DNA from: an uncultured Methanomicrobiales archaeon
GTDB lineage: Archaea > Halobacteriota > Methanomicrobia > Methanomicrobiales > Methanospirillaceae
Direction of reading: 5' to 3'
Assembly (NCBI GenBank): GCA_963697895.1
Contig: OY969100.1
Span: 672,001 to 736,000, forward strand
DNA length: 64,000 bases
The position numbers were made by a program, and so were the translations under genes. Below are positions 1 to 11,134 of this stretch, piece by piece. Numbering within the stretch: the first letter of the stretch is position 1; each line of letters starts with the position of its first letter. A model generated the notes under the pieces. The model made no database searches, had not been told where the DNA came from, and saw only the letters and a program-made list of their open reading frames with translations.

Positions 1-866
1 CGGTGATCTCGTCAAACGGGCGTGCCGTATTTGAGGCGATCCGGATCAGGCGTTTCCTGAGTTGCACGGAATCCTTGAAACTTGAGGGGCACCAGTGAAC
101 TTTTTCATACCGGCAGAGATCCGATGCCCATTCACGGGCGCCGTAGATTGCATTGTGCACACCGTCGGAGAACGAAAGTCCCCTCTTCCGCATCTCGTCC
201 GCATTCGTGTCTCCCCATTCCAGCTCGTTGATATTGAGAAAATCAAGTTCCGGGAGTATCGGGATGAGTTCCGCCAGCCCCGGGAGGGCTGGTACCTCTA
301 TCCCAATCGAAAAACCCATCTCCCGTGCATCACGGGCGGTCAGGAAGAACGGACTCGACAAAATTGACGGCCATTCTTCGGACGGAGGGTGGAGGCGTAT
401 CTCGTCGACGAAACCCGTGAGAGCGCTGAGTTCTTCAACGGTAAGCGCACGCCCGGTATAAAGGTGTATATGATGTTCGTCTCCGAATTCCCGCTTCAGG
501 AGACGGCAGCTGTTCACCACACGGTCGAGGCGGAGGAGAGGCTCTCCACCGGTGACACCCGTTCCCAGTGCGTCCATCCGGTGTGCTTCCCGGATAATGT
601 CCTCGACAGACTGAACATTCCCGGTCGTTCGCGAAGATCACATCCTTTCCTTTCCGTTCACGGGATAGAGGACAATACCAGCAGGAACGATCGCACCGGC
701 CGGTGATGAAGAGTACCATTTTGGCGCCCTCATGGCAGAGCTGACATCCCGTGCTCATGGTCCGTTCCGGTAAGGGAGAAGGTTCTCTTCCGGTAGCAGG
801 AGTGCCATCTGGTACGTGCATGTCGATAAGATATTGGAACCCGGTGAAGATGGATTCTTGGGTCAT
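1..866 (-). CDS. Radical SAM protein (archaeal PFL-activating-enzyme-like family); one frameshift near 612-617; 3' end outside window
   Basis: CDRSCWYC (CxxxCxxC) motif. After a +1 shift the frame continues [25 protein letters not shown] (GGE motif) and stays open to position 1. Start may be 866 or 758. Confidence 0.8.
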
Positions 867-989
867 GGCAAGGGGTGGGATCCGGGGGTCAGAACAAACC
901 TGGGGGTACCTGGATATATAAATCCATTCAGGAATGATGGGCCATCTTCCCACCGGATAATGGCTTCGATATTATCACCAGGGTAAAAA

Positions 990-3260
990 TCAATCGTAAA
1001 AGGAGTTATTGTAAAAAGAGAACGCGAACTGATCATCGATTAATCCGGTCATATTCCGGAGGAGATCTGCATACCGGGTGAGATCCTGGTTCGCACTTGC
1101 TTTTGCCTGTTTTGGGATAGAAACGATCTTCGCCTGATCCGGTAAAGAGAGCAGCGGGCTGTGCAGGTATTCCGGTGAAATAATGGTTTCCTCATCCGGG
1201 ATTGTTACCACAGAAGGATCGTTCACGGGTAATCCGGGATATTCGGTGAGTTGGGCCGGAACGTCTCCCGGATATTCCGTTTCACGGACGAGATCGAGAA
1301 TTTCCGGAATACGGCCATTCCCCAGAGATGGATCCGGAAGGAGAGATAATATCGGGGATGTCCTTGTCACAACCCCTTCGCTTCCGGTATCGGGAATAAC
1401 CCGTGAATCAACGGAAACATCCGGCGATGCTCCTGTGCCTGCCCCGGACCAGTACCCGGGATACATCACTTCCACCGGGTTCCATGAACTCTGAATTTGG
1501 GAAACAGGTAAAACAGGAACATATTCCGTTGCTACGGGGATTTCAGTAAAGCCGTTTGAAATCGCAGGAAGTGGGCTGATCGACGTTGAAATGTACGGGT
1601 ATAAGAAGGAACTGTAATTCGCTGCCCCGATGAAGGGCGAATAATTGGAGACCGGTATCTGGTAGGAACTGAACACTATGGTAGGAGCAGGGGTCGGTTT
1701 GGCAGTCACCGATACCGCAACCGCTGGTTTTGCCACTGGCGCAAGATTCATCGTAAAAGCTTTCAGGCAGGCATTGGAATTCGGGTAGAGATTGGTAAGA
1801 TCCGTCCAGTCCTCCCCGTTACTGCTCACATAACTCTGACCTTTTGCGGCGCTGGCGCGGCCTGAATAACCGGATATCGGAGATTCGATCGCAATTGGAA
1901 ACCGGGTTCCGGGTGTGGTGATATCGACGACTACTGAGAACCGTTCTCCTGCGGAGACTTCCACCGGATTTTCCAGCGTTACCGTGTGGTATCCGGGCAT
2001 CGGAATCGTTCCGGCAGTGGAGGTATCCGGACCGGTACTGCTGACCGGACCATCTGCAGGATCGGTATACACGGATATATGGTAGGTGGAACTGACAACC
2101 GGTGTGTAAAAGCTGACCGCGGATACCTTCTCTTCGCTTTTAGCCGTGAATATGTTCGCGAAAGAGGCGCTCTGACCGCCGAGCCCTGCACTCTCGGTCC
2201 AGCCAAGGGTGTCGTACTGGTATATTCTGTCATAGTTATCGACCGGTTCGGTCATGTATACCGCGTTATCCTCACCGATCACCGTGTCATAGTAGGAAAC
2301 GTAAAAGTACCCGTTATTTCCCCAGTCTGTCCCCCAACTGTTTTTTACCAGGAATGCCCCGTTGCCGGGAGCTGCCGGACGGAATGCATTCCGATCAAAC
2401 GAGTCATCCCATCCGACGATGAGGACGGCATGGTTCGCACCAGAACCTCCCGGGTAATAATAAGCGCTCTCGTAGGGACTGAAGTACCGGTCATTCCAGT
2501 ACACGGTGGAGTACACGGCCCCCTGGTGGATCAGCGCATCCTTGATGTTGTTGTTATCTGCGGGACCATCACGGGCAGGCACATAGGAAACATCCTGTAC
2601 GTGCTTTTTCACCGGGATCGAAGAACCCAAGGAGAAGGATCCCTCGTTATACGGATCGTCCGCCTCGACTCCCGGACCATCCCATCGGGCAAGATATGCG
2701 GTCGATATAACCGAATTCCCGCCACTGCACGACCCGAGGTCATACCCACTTCTGGTCTTCATATTGTTTTCAGAAAAGTCCCAGGATTCTCCGGGTAAGA
2801 GGGTCGATTCCAAAGATCCCACGGTAGCAAAAGCCCAGCAACACCCACAATCACCTTGGTCTTTGATAGAACTTACCTTCCCTGCGGATCTCAGATCAAA
2901 ACCCGAGGAGGATATCCCCCCGGTGCTGGATACCCCCGACGGTGACGATGTAACGAACCGGGATGCGTGAATGAGTGCCTCATCATCGCTGCTTACCACC
3001 TGTTTTCCCTTGTTTGGCGACAGATCCACCGTGGCCGGTACGAGTCCGAGCGTATGGTTCGCGGAATTTCCCGCCAATTCAACAGCATTCTGCGCGGAAT
3101 ATTGGAGATATTCCGGATTCAAAGGGGCGAGGAAGACCTGTTCCTGGGATCGGAACTGCTCCTCGGTGTACGGATAGAGCGAATCTGCAGCTGCGGATGC
3201 CCCAACCAGTGAGAGAATAAGAAGAAGAACCAAAAAAACCGGAATAGTCCCTCTTTTCAT
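990..3260 (-). CDS. Secreted papain-family (C1A) cysteine peptidase with lectin-like domain and Pro/Ser-rich tail
   Basis: Signal peptide; QGDCGCCWAF (catalytic Cys), NHAVLIVGWDD (His), KNSWG (Asn). Confidence 0.9.
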   Translation of the reverse strand: MKRGTIPVFLVLLLILSLVGASAAADSLYPYTEEQFRSQEQVFLAPLNPEYLQYSAQNAVELAGNSANHTLGLVPATVDLSPNKGKQVVSSDDEALIHASRFVTSSPSGVSSTGGISSSGFDLRSAGKVSSIKDQGDCGCCWAFATVGSLESTLLPGESWDFSENNMKTRSGYDLGSCSGGNSVISTAYLARWDGPGVEADDPYNEGSFSLGSSIPVKKHVQDVSYVPARDGPADNNNIKDALIHQGAVYSTVYWNDRYFSPYESAYYYPGGSGANHAVLIVGWDDSFDRNAFRPAAPGNGAFLVKNSWGTDWGNNGYFYVSYYDTVIGEDNAVYMTEPVDNYDRIYQYDTLGWTESAGLGGQSASFANIFTAKSEEKVSAVSFYTPVVSSTYHISVYTDPADGPVSSTGPDTSTAGTIPMPGYHTVTLENPVEVSAGERFSVVVDITTPGTRFPIAIESPISGYSGRASAAKGQSYVSSNGEDWTDLTNLYPNSNACLKAFTMNLAPVAKPAVAVSVTAKPTPAPTIVFSSYQIPVSNYSPFIGAANYSSFLYPYISTSISPLPAISNGFTEIPVATEYVPVLPVSQIQSSWNPVEVMYPGYWSGAGTGASPDVSVDSRVIPDTGSEGVVTRTSPILSLLPDPSLGNGRIPEILDLVRETEYPGDVPAQLTEYPGLPVNDPSVVTIPDEETIISPEYLHSPLLSLPDQAKIVSIPKQAKASANQDLTRYADLLRNMTGLIDDQFAFSFYNNSFYD

Positions 3261-3556
3261 CCGGATACCTCATTCATCGCATAAATGACCATTTTTTTCA
3301 GGGAAAAGGACATCGGGCCTCTTATTTGTTACCTATTTGAGATCTAAAGCACGATTCGATAAATACTTTCCAGTAGTGGAGTATCTGACCATCCGAATCC
3401 CCTGAATGAATCTCCATCCAGAGCGAACTCTATGGCATTATTCATCTGTGTGTATGATCTCCTGATCACAGGTAAATAATAGATAGATGCTTCCGGTTCA
3501 ATCAGTCCGGCAGATGATCAATAAAACAAAAAAAAAAGAAATTCTCGCCGTTAAAA

Positions 3557-4399
3557 TTATTCTTTCTTCTCCTCTCCCGCCTTTTGCCGGGAGTAATAAT
3601 ACGCCCCCACCCCGATGATGATAATAATGACGAGAATTCCTATCCCCCAGATCGGCGGTATCAGAGTATAACCGGTCGTGCCCGGTGCCTGAGTACCGGT
3701 TGTTGTCACCGTCGGAGTCGGGCTTTCGGTTGATGAGCTATCCGTTCCATTTGTACCGATACTCGTTCCCTGCCCGGAACTTGTCCCGGCAGTTCCTTCC
3801 TGTGCTGTTCCTGAAGTACTTTCATTAACACTTTCTGTCCCGGTAACCGTGGTGGTGGGAGTAACGCTCGTACCTTCAAAGCCACCTCCACCGCCGCCGC
3901 CCCCGCCTGAAGGGGATTGGCCCGAGGAGGTGTGTGTTGCGGTCACTGTCGGAGTGTACGTGAACGTAACTGTACCTTTACCGACCTGCAGGTTCAGCTC
4001 CGTCACTTCACCGCTCTTGAATGGATACGTATCGGTCCAGCCGCCAGCGGCAGCGACATCATAGCACTGTGCCTGGGTACCCCCGACGAAGAAGGTTATC
4101 GGGGTTCCATCGGTTATATTTCCCTGGACGATCAGCTTGTTGGGATCCATCCCGGGGGCACCATATATTCCTGTCTGAATAGTGGTAATAGGATTACCAA
4201 GCACTCCCGTTGTCACCCCCGTTCCCTGCGCCTGAATAACAGTTCCTGCGGGGACGGGTTGACCGCTGGCATCAATGACCGTGCCATAGAACGCCTGCGG
4301 AAGTGCCGGGATCGTCGACGATTCTGCATATACTGACGTTCCTGCGAGGAACATGAATATGCAGAGCCCGGCGAGCATAACGAATAATTTCTGTTTCAT
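3557..4399 (-). CDS. Membrane-anchored surface protein (signal peptide, domain W, Gly/Ser/Thr linker, C-terminal TM helix, charged tail)
   Basis: MKQKLFVMLAGL... signal peptide; GGGGGGGGG and Thr-rich linker; IWGIGILVIIIIIGVGAYYY TM segment. N-terminal domain homologous to that of 4474..6621. Confidence 0.85.
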   Translation of the reverse strand: MKQKLFVMLAGLCIFMFLAGTSVYAESSTIPALPQAFYGTVIDASGQPVPAGTVIQAQGTGVTTGVLGNPITTIQTGIYGAPGMDPNKLIVQGNITDGTPITFFVGGTQAQCYDVAAAGGWTDTYPFKSGEVTELNLQVGKGTVTFTYTPTVTATHTSSGQSPSGGGGGGGGGFEGTSVTPTTTVTGTESVNESTSGTAQEGTAGTSSGQGTSIGTNGTDSSSTESPTPTVTTTGTQAPGTTGYTLIPPIWGIGILVIIIIIGVGAYYYSRQKAGEEKKE

Positions 4400-4473
4400 G
4401 GTTTTCACCCAATTCATAAGAGAGAGAGGACGCATTTGTCCCCTCCCGCATTTTCTTATCAATCTTTTTTTTA

Positions 4474-6621
4474 TTATCCTATATTTTTGACGGGGGTTGT
4501 GCTGAACCCAAACAGGGTATCGGTGTTTTCCATAACAACCCAGTATCCCTTGTACGGAAGGATATCCTCAAGGGGGCCTCCGAGTGCATATACCCAACCG
4601 GGCTGATTCAGATCCGGGCTGATTACGATCGTATATCCTGTCAGGTTCCCCGGAGCTTCCTGAATACTGATCAGTGCCTGATCAACGGGCATTGCCGGGA
4701 ATCCCCCCATTTCATATGCCGGGGCCGACCCGATCAGGCTGAGCCCTGAAGGAAGGACCCGGGAAGGAGGCTCTGTTACCGACGGGGAGGGATAGATAAA
4801 GGCAACTGCAATCGAGTTCACCCGTACATAATATGCATCGAGCGGCTGCGGTACCGTTGATCCTGCGGGTATGTACCAGATCTTCTGTTCATTATCCCAT
4901 CCGTAAATGACGTCGATCATATCGATGGACTGGTTGAAGATCATTTCAAAGGTCCCATGCCCCGGGTCGAGGGTGACGGGAGTCGAGAAAAGGTTCCATC
5001 CTGACTCAAGGGTCTGGTTAAAATATATCAATCCTCCCTGACTGAATGTCGCCTGAATCGTATGGTCCATGGTCACATTCGGGAACGTATACATGCTGAT
5101 GGGACCTTGCGGCTCCCCGTCTACAAGCACCTGCTCGATGGAGAATTCGCTGTCGGGGATGATGGAGAAGCTCTGATCATTTCCCTGATTGACAATAACA
5201 CTCCCGTTCGGCGCTATCGATCCACCGGCACCTGCGGAAGCTTCGATCGTATAGGTGATCACCTCACCCTGGGTGAAGGTCGCCTGAATCGTGTGGTTCG
5301 CGATTACATTCACGAATGTGTATGTACTGACGACACCCTGCAGCGAGCCGTCGACCGTCACCTGTTCGATGATAAATCCGCTATCGGGGACGATGTTGAA
5401 GGTTTTATTCGTTCCTTCGTTTACGGGTACATTTCCGCTCGGGTTGATCGATCCTCCTGCTCCTGCACTCGCGTTGATCGTGAAGGTCGTCCCTCCACCC
5501 TGCGTGAAGGTCGCCTGGATCGTGTGGTTCGCGATTACATTCACGAATGTATAGGTACTGACAGCACCCTGCGGCGACCCATCAACCGTTACGTGATCGA
5601 TGATAAATCCGCTATCGGGGACGATGTTGAAGGTTTTATCCGTTCCTTCATTTACCATTACATTTCCACTCGGATTGATCGATCCTCCTGTTCCTGCACC
5701 CGCGTTGATCGTGAAGGTTGCCCCTCCACCCTGCGTGAAGGTCGCCTGGATCGTGTGGTTCGCGATTACATTCACGAATGTATAGGTACTGACAGCACCC
5801 TGCGGCGATCCGTCGACCGTCACCTGTTCGATGATAAATCCGCTATCGGGGACGATGTTGAAGGTTTTATCCGTTCCTTCGTTTACGGGTACATTTCCGC
5901 TCGGATTGATCGATCCTCCTGCTCCTGCACCCGCGTTGATCGTGAAGGTTGTCCCTCCACCCTGCGTGAAGGTCGCCTGGATCGTGTGGTTCGCGATTAC
6001 ATTCACGAATGTATAGGTACTGACAGCACCCTGCGGCGACCCATCGACCGTCACCTGATCGATGACAAATCCGCTATCTGGGACGATGTTGAAGGTTTTA
6101 TCCGTTCCTTCGTTTACGATTACATTTCCACTCGGATCAATCGATCCTCCTGCTCCTGCACTCGCGGTGATGGTTTTCTGGTTGATTGTGCCGGATCCCC
6201 GGATATTAAGGATGGTCACTCCTCCCGACTTGAAGGGATACGATGCCATCCAGCCATCCTGAGATTCGACATCGTTCACCTCGGCCGGTGCCCCGTTCAC
6301 GAAAAAGGTGATCGGGGATCCTTCGGGGATCTGTTTGCCCTGGGTTCCGTGGACGAAAAGCCTTTTTTCGACTTCAAAGGGACTCATTCCCCCGTAAAAC
6401 CCAGTTACTTCGGTTACGACGGTACCTCCCCCATTCGTCACAGCAGCGGTTATAACGGTACCGGCCGGAGCCGGTTGACCTTGAATGGACACGGCCCCAT
6501 AGAAGGCATGGGGAAGCTGGGGGGTCTCCTCCGCCAGGGTGGGTGCGATACAGACTGCCAGAAGCAGCAGTACTCCTATCATCGCCCACGGTATTCTGCG
6601 TTTCATTACGATTTGCTTCAT
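4474..6621 (-). CDS. Secreted surface protein: domain W + five InlB-B-like repeats + C-terminal domain Y
   Basis: Signal peptide; GGAGG SD; five 77-aa TIxASAGAGGSIxPSG...NHTIQATF repeats; C-terminal LxxGWNL...GYWV domain. Confidence 0.85.
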   Translation of the reverse strand: MKQIVMKRRIPWAMIGVLLLLAVCIAPTLAEETPQLPHAFYGAVSIQGQPAPAGTVITAAVTNGGGTVVTEVTGFYGGMSPFEVEKRLFVHGTQGKQIPEGSPITFFVNGAPAEVNDVESQDGWMASYPFKSGGVTILNIRGSGTINQKTITASAGAGGSIDPSGNVIVNEGTDKTFNIVPDSGFVIDQVTVDGSPQGAVSTYTFVNVIANHTIQATFTQGGGTTFTINAGAGAGGSINPSGNVPVNEGTDKTFNIVPDSGFIIEQVTVDGSPQGAVSTYTFVNVIANHTIQATFTQGGGATFTINAGAGTGGSINPSGNVMVNEGTDKTFNIVPDSGFIIDHVTVDGSPQGAVSTYTFVNVIANHTIQATFTQGGGTTFTINASAGAGGSINPSGNVPVNEGTNKTFNIVPDSGFIIEQVTVDGSLQGVVSTYTFVNVIANHTIQATFTQGEVITYTIEASAGAGGSIAPNGSVIVNQGNDQSFSIIPDSEFSIEQVLVDGEPQGPISMYTFPNVTMDHTIQATFSQGGLIYFNQTLESGWNLFSTPVTLDPGHGTFEMIFNQSIDMIDVIYGWDNEQKIWYIPAGSTVPQPLDAYYVRVNSIAVAFIYPSPSVTEPPSRVLPSGLSLIGSAPAYEMGGFPAMPVDQALISIQEAPGNLTGYTIVISPDLNQPGWVYALGGPLEDILPYKGYWVVMENTDTLFGFSTTPVKNIG
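5040..6180 (-). repeat. Five tandem 231-bp coding repeats (77 aa)
   Basis: gaaggtcgcctg recurs at about 5275, 5506, 5737 and 5968 (231-bp period), with a diverged fifth copy near 5044. Confidence 0.9.
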
Positions 6622-6642
6622 GATCCCTCCGAATTGGCAGAA

Positions 6643-6668
6643 CAGGGCGGGGTAGTTCCCCTGCCCTG
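6643..6668 (-). other. Intercistronic GC-rich stem-loop
   Basis: Transcript strand CAGGGC-A-GGGG-aacta-CCCC-GCCCTG between the 6703 and 6621 genes, with no U-tract after it. Confidence 0.6.
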
Positions 6669-6702
6669 CTCAGACGTGTTCATTCAATCCCTCACTTTCG
6701 TA

Positions 6703-9700
6703 TCAGGATGGAAGCTCGAATTCGAAATGGAAGGGGGTGATCTCAAATCCGCTGAGTGTCGCCGGGTTCACCATGAACACCCAGTATCCTTCACCCGTGT
6801 AGAGATCCTTCTTCTTCAGGTCGTCGGCAGTCAGAGCCCATGTCTGGATCTGCCCGGGTACCGATGGGCTGATCACCGTCGACAATCCCCTCGGGGATAC
6901 GGACATGATCGAATTGAGTGCCTCTTCCGCTGACTTTTCGGCTTCCGGATCTCTGGTATCCGGGTTAGCGACTGCCCATCTTCCTTCGTCCGAGCCTATC
7001 TTATCGTCCTTCTTGTCGATACCGAATGCCGATCCTACCAGGTTCCAGCCGTTCGACAGGGGATAGGTTGGTAATCCTGGCGACTCACTGCCACTGTAGA
7101 GGACCGGGAACCGCGTGCCTTCCTTCACCTTGATATAGTAACCGCGGCAGGGTATCATGTTCGGGCTGATCGGTTCGAACAGGTGCGTATTCGCGTTGAA
7201 CTGATAGGCGATGACGAAGTTGTCGGATGTCAGGTACTTGCCGAGGTAACTGATCTCCATTATGGTATCTGCCCGGTCATCCAGAGTAAGGGGGACGGAC
7301 AGGGTGTTCCAGCCTGCCTGGAGCTCAAGGCTGTCCGAACCATACCACCGTACCGGGTCATTTTTCAGGACGATCGCATACGGCTGGGTGAGCCATGGGT
7401 TGTATTCGACGAGTTCGCTGACTGCATCGCCATTGCCGAGGGCGAGACTCCGCTCGTCCCGTTCATGGCAGATCGGTGCCGGACCCATGCTCGGGCCGCC
7501 GATCTTGCCCCACCAGTTCTCTTTGGCGATCAGGAGATCGGTCTCACAGTGTTCCAGTCCTTCATTGGTAACGAAATTCTTGATTCCCCACCACTTGTTT
7601 CCGACGATATCATTGTACTTGATGATGATGAGCGCCGGATCCGCGAAGGAGGAGATCCCGAATACCTTGTTGTCCTTGATCTCGTTCTCGAGGATCGTCA
7701 GGTGCTGTTCACAGTGTTTTCTGTCCTGGATGTCGCTCCCGATCAAGGAGACGTTCGCGCCCGCGGTTACGATGGGCTCGTAATCGCAATTCCCTTTCGC
7801 GACTGCACAATCAAGGAGGTTTATCCCTGCATGGGCATTGTTGTAGATCTTGTTCCCGATAATGAACGGGTTAGAGAATTCCAGGAACTGTTCTCCATCG
7901 TTACATTCACGACAGAAGAATCCATCGGATCCATCGAGTCCGACCAATCCATCCGCTTCTTTTTCGTTATCTCTGCAGCAACAGTTGACAACGCTCCGGA
8001 TCTCAATGCCCGCGTCGATCCAGAAGGGATCGCCGTTCTTCGGCGGATCCAGGTACGCCGTGCTGAATGAAACCCTGCTCTTATCATTACAGTCCTTGCC
8101 TTCCCATGAACTCATCTTTCCACAGCCATTGTCATGGAACTGGTTGAAGAGGATCTCGGTTACAACGTGATAGCAATGAGTGATTGCATAGGGATCGATA
8201 CATTCGACACCGCATTTCAGCTCTTCTCCGCCAAACCCGTCCCAGCAGTTCTGGTACACGTCGTTTCCTTCGACGAGGACGACGGTGTTATTGGCGAGGA
8301 TACCTTCGGCCGTGCTGTTATAGATGGTGTTGTTGATGATATTCACCCGTCCTTCACAGCATGGGAAGGCCATCACATGATCTTTTTCAACCTCTTTTCC
8401 ACCGTCGATATACGCGGCTGCGCACTTCCAGCTGGAGGGGTGCACGACAACCCCGGCAGCGTCCATGTACCCGTTGCCGTCGATATCCGGCGAGCCGCCA
8501 TTACAGCGTCCCGCATTTTTGATGACAAACCCGTTCAGTTCCGTGCAGCCTGCCGTTATGAAGACCGCTCCTGCGCGGCCGTCAGGGAATTCGGTCGCAT
8601 TGAATGCCGGTGGTACTCCAAAGGCATCGATGACTGCTCCACCCTTGTTCTTTGCCTTCAGTACGACCCCGGGGGTATCCATCTCGAAGGTCTCTTTATA
8701 GATACCGTTATCGACAACGATCAACGCCCCAATCAGGCCCTCGAACTCCGGGTGTTCATCGATCCAGCACTGGGTATGCAGCTGCCAGGCCGGCATCTGC
8801 GGGCAAACATCCAGGATATCGACGATGTTTGGCGGACCCCGGTGGTCATTCTGTGGTGCCCACCATATCCGTACTTCATCATTCACGATGATCAATGTCG
8901 CCTGGTTATTGGTCGTTCCGTCATCACCGACATAGGTGACGAGGTAGGTCTCTCCACAGTGCTTTGTGGGCGGACAGGAGATATCTACACATACGCTTTC
9001 ACCGAGCGACTTTCCGTCATTCCACTGCCCTGCGGGATCCGGCGGGTGTCCGTAGTTCCCATAACACGTGCCTGAAGTTACCCCGAAGATATCGAAGAAG
9101 TCCTGGTAGAGGCACGTCGTTCCTGCATTGGTTCCGACCACGTTTTCGACGTTCACGATATTGGTAAGCGGATTGCCCAGATATTCGATCGGGTACAGAC
9201 CGGGACCGGTGATAGTAACGGGATCTGCAACTACCTGGGTACCGTCATTGAGGTCGACTGTCACCTGGAAAGTCTCCGTGTCCGTTGCTCCATTGGGGTT
9301 GGAAGGCACGTCGATATTTGCGGCTTCACCCACAGGCGGACCGTCATTCCATGTACCGCCCATGAAATTGCCATAGGTTGGGTGGAACGCATGGTTCTTG
9401 GTGCTGTCCAGGCTGAACTCAGCATCGTCTCCGCCAATATAGAGACAGTCAACAAAGTCCAGCGCATCAGTTATGTTGTTACTGGTGTAGATGAAATCAC
9501 AGGTAGAACCGATGGGGTTGATAGCACCACAGTCTGCCGTCGCATTCTGGTATTTCAGGAACACGGTTACATTTCCGCGGAATGTTGCCGAGATCTCCCA
9601 GCATTCATGCAACGGGTCAAACTTGAATGTCGAATGCTTCGGATCGTAGGTGAACGTGCCTATTCCCGGGTCGCATGCCGAGGCAGAATAGCACGGGTCA

Positions 9701-10434
9701 TTGCTGGAGTCGAGCTTCTTCACACAGACCTGGCATATGGTAAATCCGGGATCTGCCGTGATATCGAATACGGGTTGGTCCCCGCAATCATACGGCGAAG
9801 GCGTCCGGGCGGTAATCTTGCCTCCCTTGTTCGGGATGATCGTGACATCGTACTGAAGGTTGGCCTTGTTCTTACTCTTGAAGTCGGAGTCCTTTGCGAC
9901 GTCATATGGCTCAAGGTCGGTGCTCACCCACGCATAGAAGTCACACTTCTTCATTTCAAGGTCCGCACAGGGCAGGAAACAGATACGTACAATCTTATTC
10001 GTGGGTACATCTATCGGAGTCCATATCTTTACGGTCGTGGTCTTCTTCCCCTCCCCGTCTGTTGGAGTGGGATGCCCGGGCACCTTACCGAAAAATACCT
10101 CAACATCTGTGGGGTTTTCCGGGGTCGTCCACTCTCCTTTGACGGTATCATAATACGAGACCTCAATGCAATACGAGTTTATCACACTCGGTACGCACAC
10201 GTTCTCATCCGGAAAGCTGACCAGAAATGCGTTGATACCTTCACTCACACCCTTATCTATGGTAAATATGACACATTTCGTTGCATCAGTACATGGCCCT
10301 TCAGGCTGGTCGATCGATACCGATACGTCGTGGATCGCAGCGACCGGAGTAACCGCCAGCAGGCAACCCACCAGGAATACCGCGAGAAGAATCGCTAACC
10401 GGTTCTTCTCCAGGGTCTTTCTCATCATTGTCAT
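6703..10434 (-). CDS. Large Cys-rich secreted protein: domain X + InlB-B-like module + right-handed beta-helix (NosD/pectin-lyase-like) + domain Y
   Basis: GGAGG SD before ATG 10434; signal peptide ending PVAA; IxNNxIxNN-type beta-helix repeats; ENWWG motif; DIDGNGYMD possible Ca loop. Confidence 0.8.
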   Translation of the reverse strand: MTMMRKTLEKNRLAILLAVFLVGCLLAVTPVAAIHDVSVSIDQPEGPCTDATKCVIFTIDKGVSEGINAFLVSFPDENVCVPSVINSYCIEVSYYDTVKGEWTTPENPTDVEVFFGKVPGHPTPTDGEGKKTTTVKIWTPIDVPTNKIVRICFLPCADLEMKKCDFYAWVSTDLEPYDVAKDSDFKSKNKANLQYDVTIIPNKGGKITARTPSPYDCGDQPVFDITADPGFTICQVCVKKLDSSNDPCYSASACDPGIGTFTYDPKHSTFKFDPLHECWEISATFRGNVTVFLKYQNATADCGAINPIGSTCDFIYTSNNITDALDFVDCLYIGGDDAEFSLDSTKNHAFHPTYGNFMGGTWNDGPPVGEAANIDVPSNPNGATDTETFQVTVDLNDGTQVVADPVTITGPGLYPIEYLGNPLTNIVNVENVVGTNAGTTCLYQDFFDIFGVTSGTCYGNYGHPPDPAGQWNDGKSLGESVCVDISCPPTKHCGETYLVTYVGDDGTTNNQATLIIVNDEVRIWWAPQNDHRGPPNIVDILDVCPQMPAWQLHTQCWIDEHPEFEGLIGALIVVDNGIYKETFEMDTPGVVLKAKNKGGAVIDAFGVPPAFNATEFPDGRAGAVFITAGCTELNGFVIKNAGRCNGGSPDIDGNGYMDAAGVVVHPSSWKCAAAYIDGGKEVEKDHVMAFPCCEGRVNIINNTIYNSTAEGILANNTVVLVEGNDVYQNCWDGFGGEELKCGVECIDPYAITHCYHVVTEILFNQFHDNGCGKMSSWEGKDCNDKSRVSFSTAYLDPPKNGDPFWIDAGIEIRSVVNCCCRDNEKEADGLVGLDGSDGFFCRECNDGEQFLEFSNPFIIGNKIYNNAHAGINLLDCAVAKGNCDYEPIVTAGANVSLIGSDIQDRKHCEQHLTILENEIKDNKVFGISSFADPALIIIKYNDIVGNKWWGIKNFVTNEGLEHCETDLLIAKENWWGKIGGPSMGPAPICHERDERSLALGNGDAVSELVEYNPWLTQPYAIVLKNDPVRWYGSDSLELQAGWNTLSVPLTLDDRADTIMEISYLGKYLTSDNFVIAYQFNANTHLFEPISPNMIPCRGYYIKVKEGTRFPVLYSGSESPGLPTYPLSNGWNLVGSAFGIDKKDDKIGSDEGRWAVANPDTRDPEAEKSAEEALNSIMSVSPRGLSTVISPSVPGQIQTWALTADDLKKKDLYTGEGYWVFMVNPATLSGFEITPFHFEFELPS

Positions 10435-10519
10435 TCGTTTCCTCCAAAGAAACGGTGATATGCAAACGGTCTCTCCGCTCTCGTACTCGTATGTAGAAAT
10501 ACCCCCGAGCACCTATCGA

Positions 10520-10703
10520 TGCCCAAGGCCTCCGCTTGTGGAGGGCGGTTCCGGATGTTCATCACCATCATTATCCCCATACTCTGATGATATCGGACTA
10601 CCGCTCCATCGCTGATGCCAAATCAAGCATATGGATTAGTCACGCCACCTTGTCCGAAAATTGGGACATATTCGCATTAGAATTATACCTATATATAATT
10701 TTT
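10520..10703 (-). promoter_or_regulatory. TATA promoter plus conserved long 5' leader, copy A
   Basis: AATTATATATAGG followed by sequence closely matching the + strand copy at 11135-11320. Confidence 0.75.
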
Positions 10704-11134
10704 CCATCAAAATTTTGATCGGTCTCCGACAATTGCCTACATTGGATGTTGACGAATGAAACAGGCAAATTTTTTTGGTATATATAACTGTTGATTTATC
10801 ACAATTAACCGTAAGGTTCAATATAGAGGTTTCCGCGCCCCGCCCTCACAATCACCGGCGATTGCTCCTTTTTCGTATCCGAGATCATTCCCTGGAGAGG
10901 AATATCCTGGATACTATTGGTCCATTATGCCGTATTTCATCGTTTGATCGTTCTGCAAACCCGGCAAGGGGGAGATCGAATCGGATCGGCGCTATGAGCC
11001 GTGCGATCGGGGAATGGATATAATAATCCATTTTCTCGGTTAGCTCTCCAAAATGCTTACAATTCACTTCAATGGGATGCCAAAACATCCTCGTGCCACT
11101 ATTTTATCAAAGCATTTTGTGTAAAAAAAGGAAC

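Noticed and set aside
5062-6933. 623-aa + strand ORF
   Set aside because: Antisense shadow of the repeat gene; the frame stays open because of codon bias multiplied by the repeats; no motifs.
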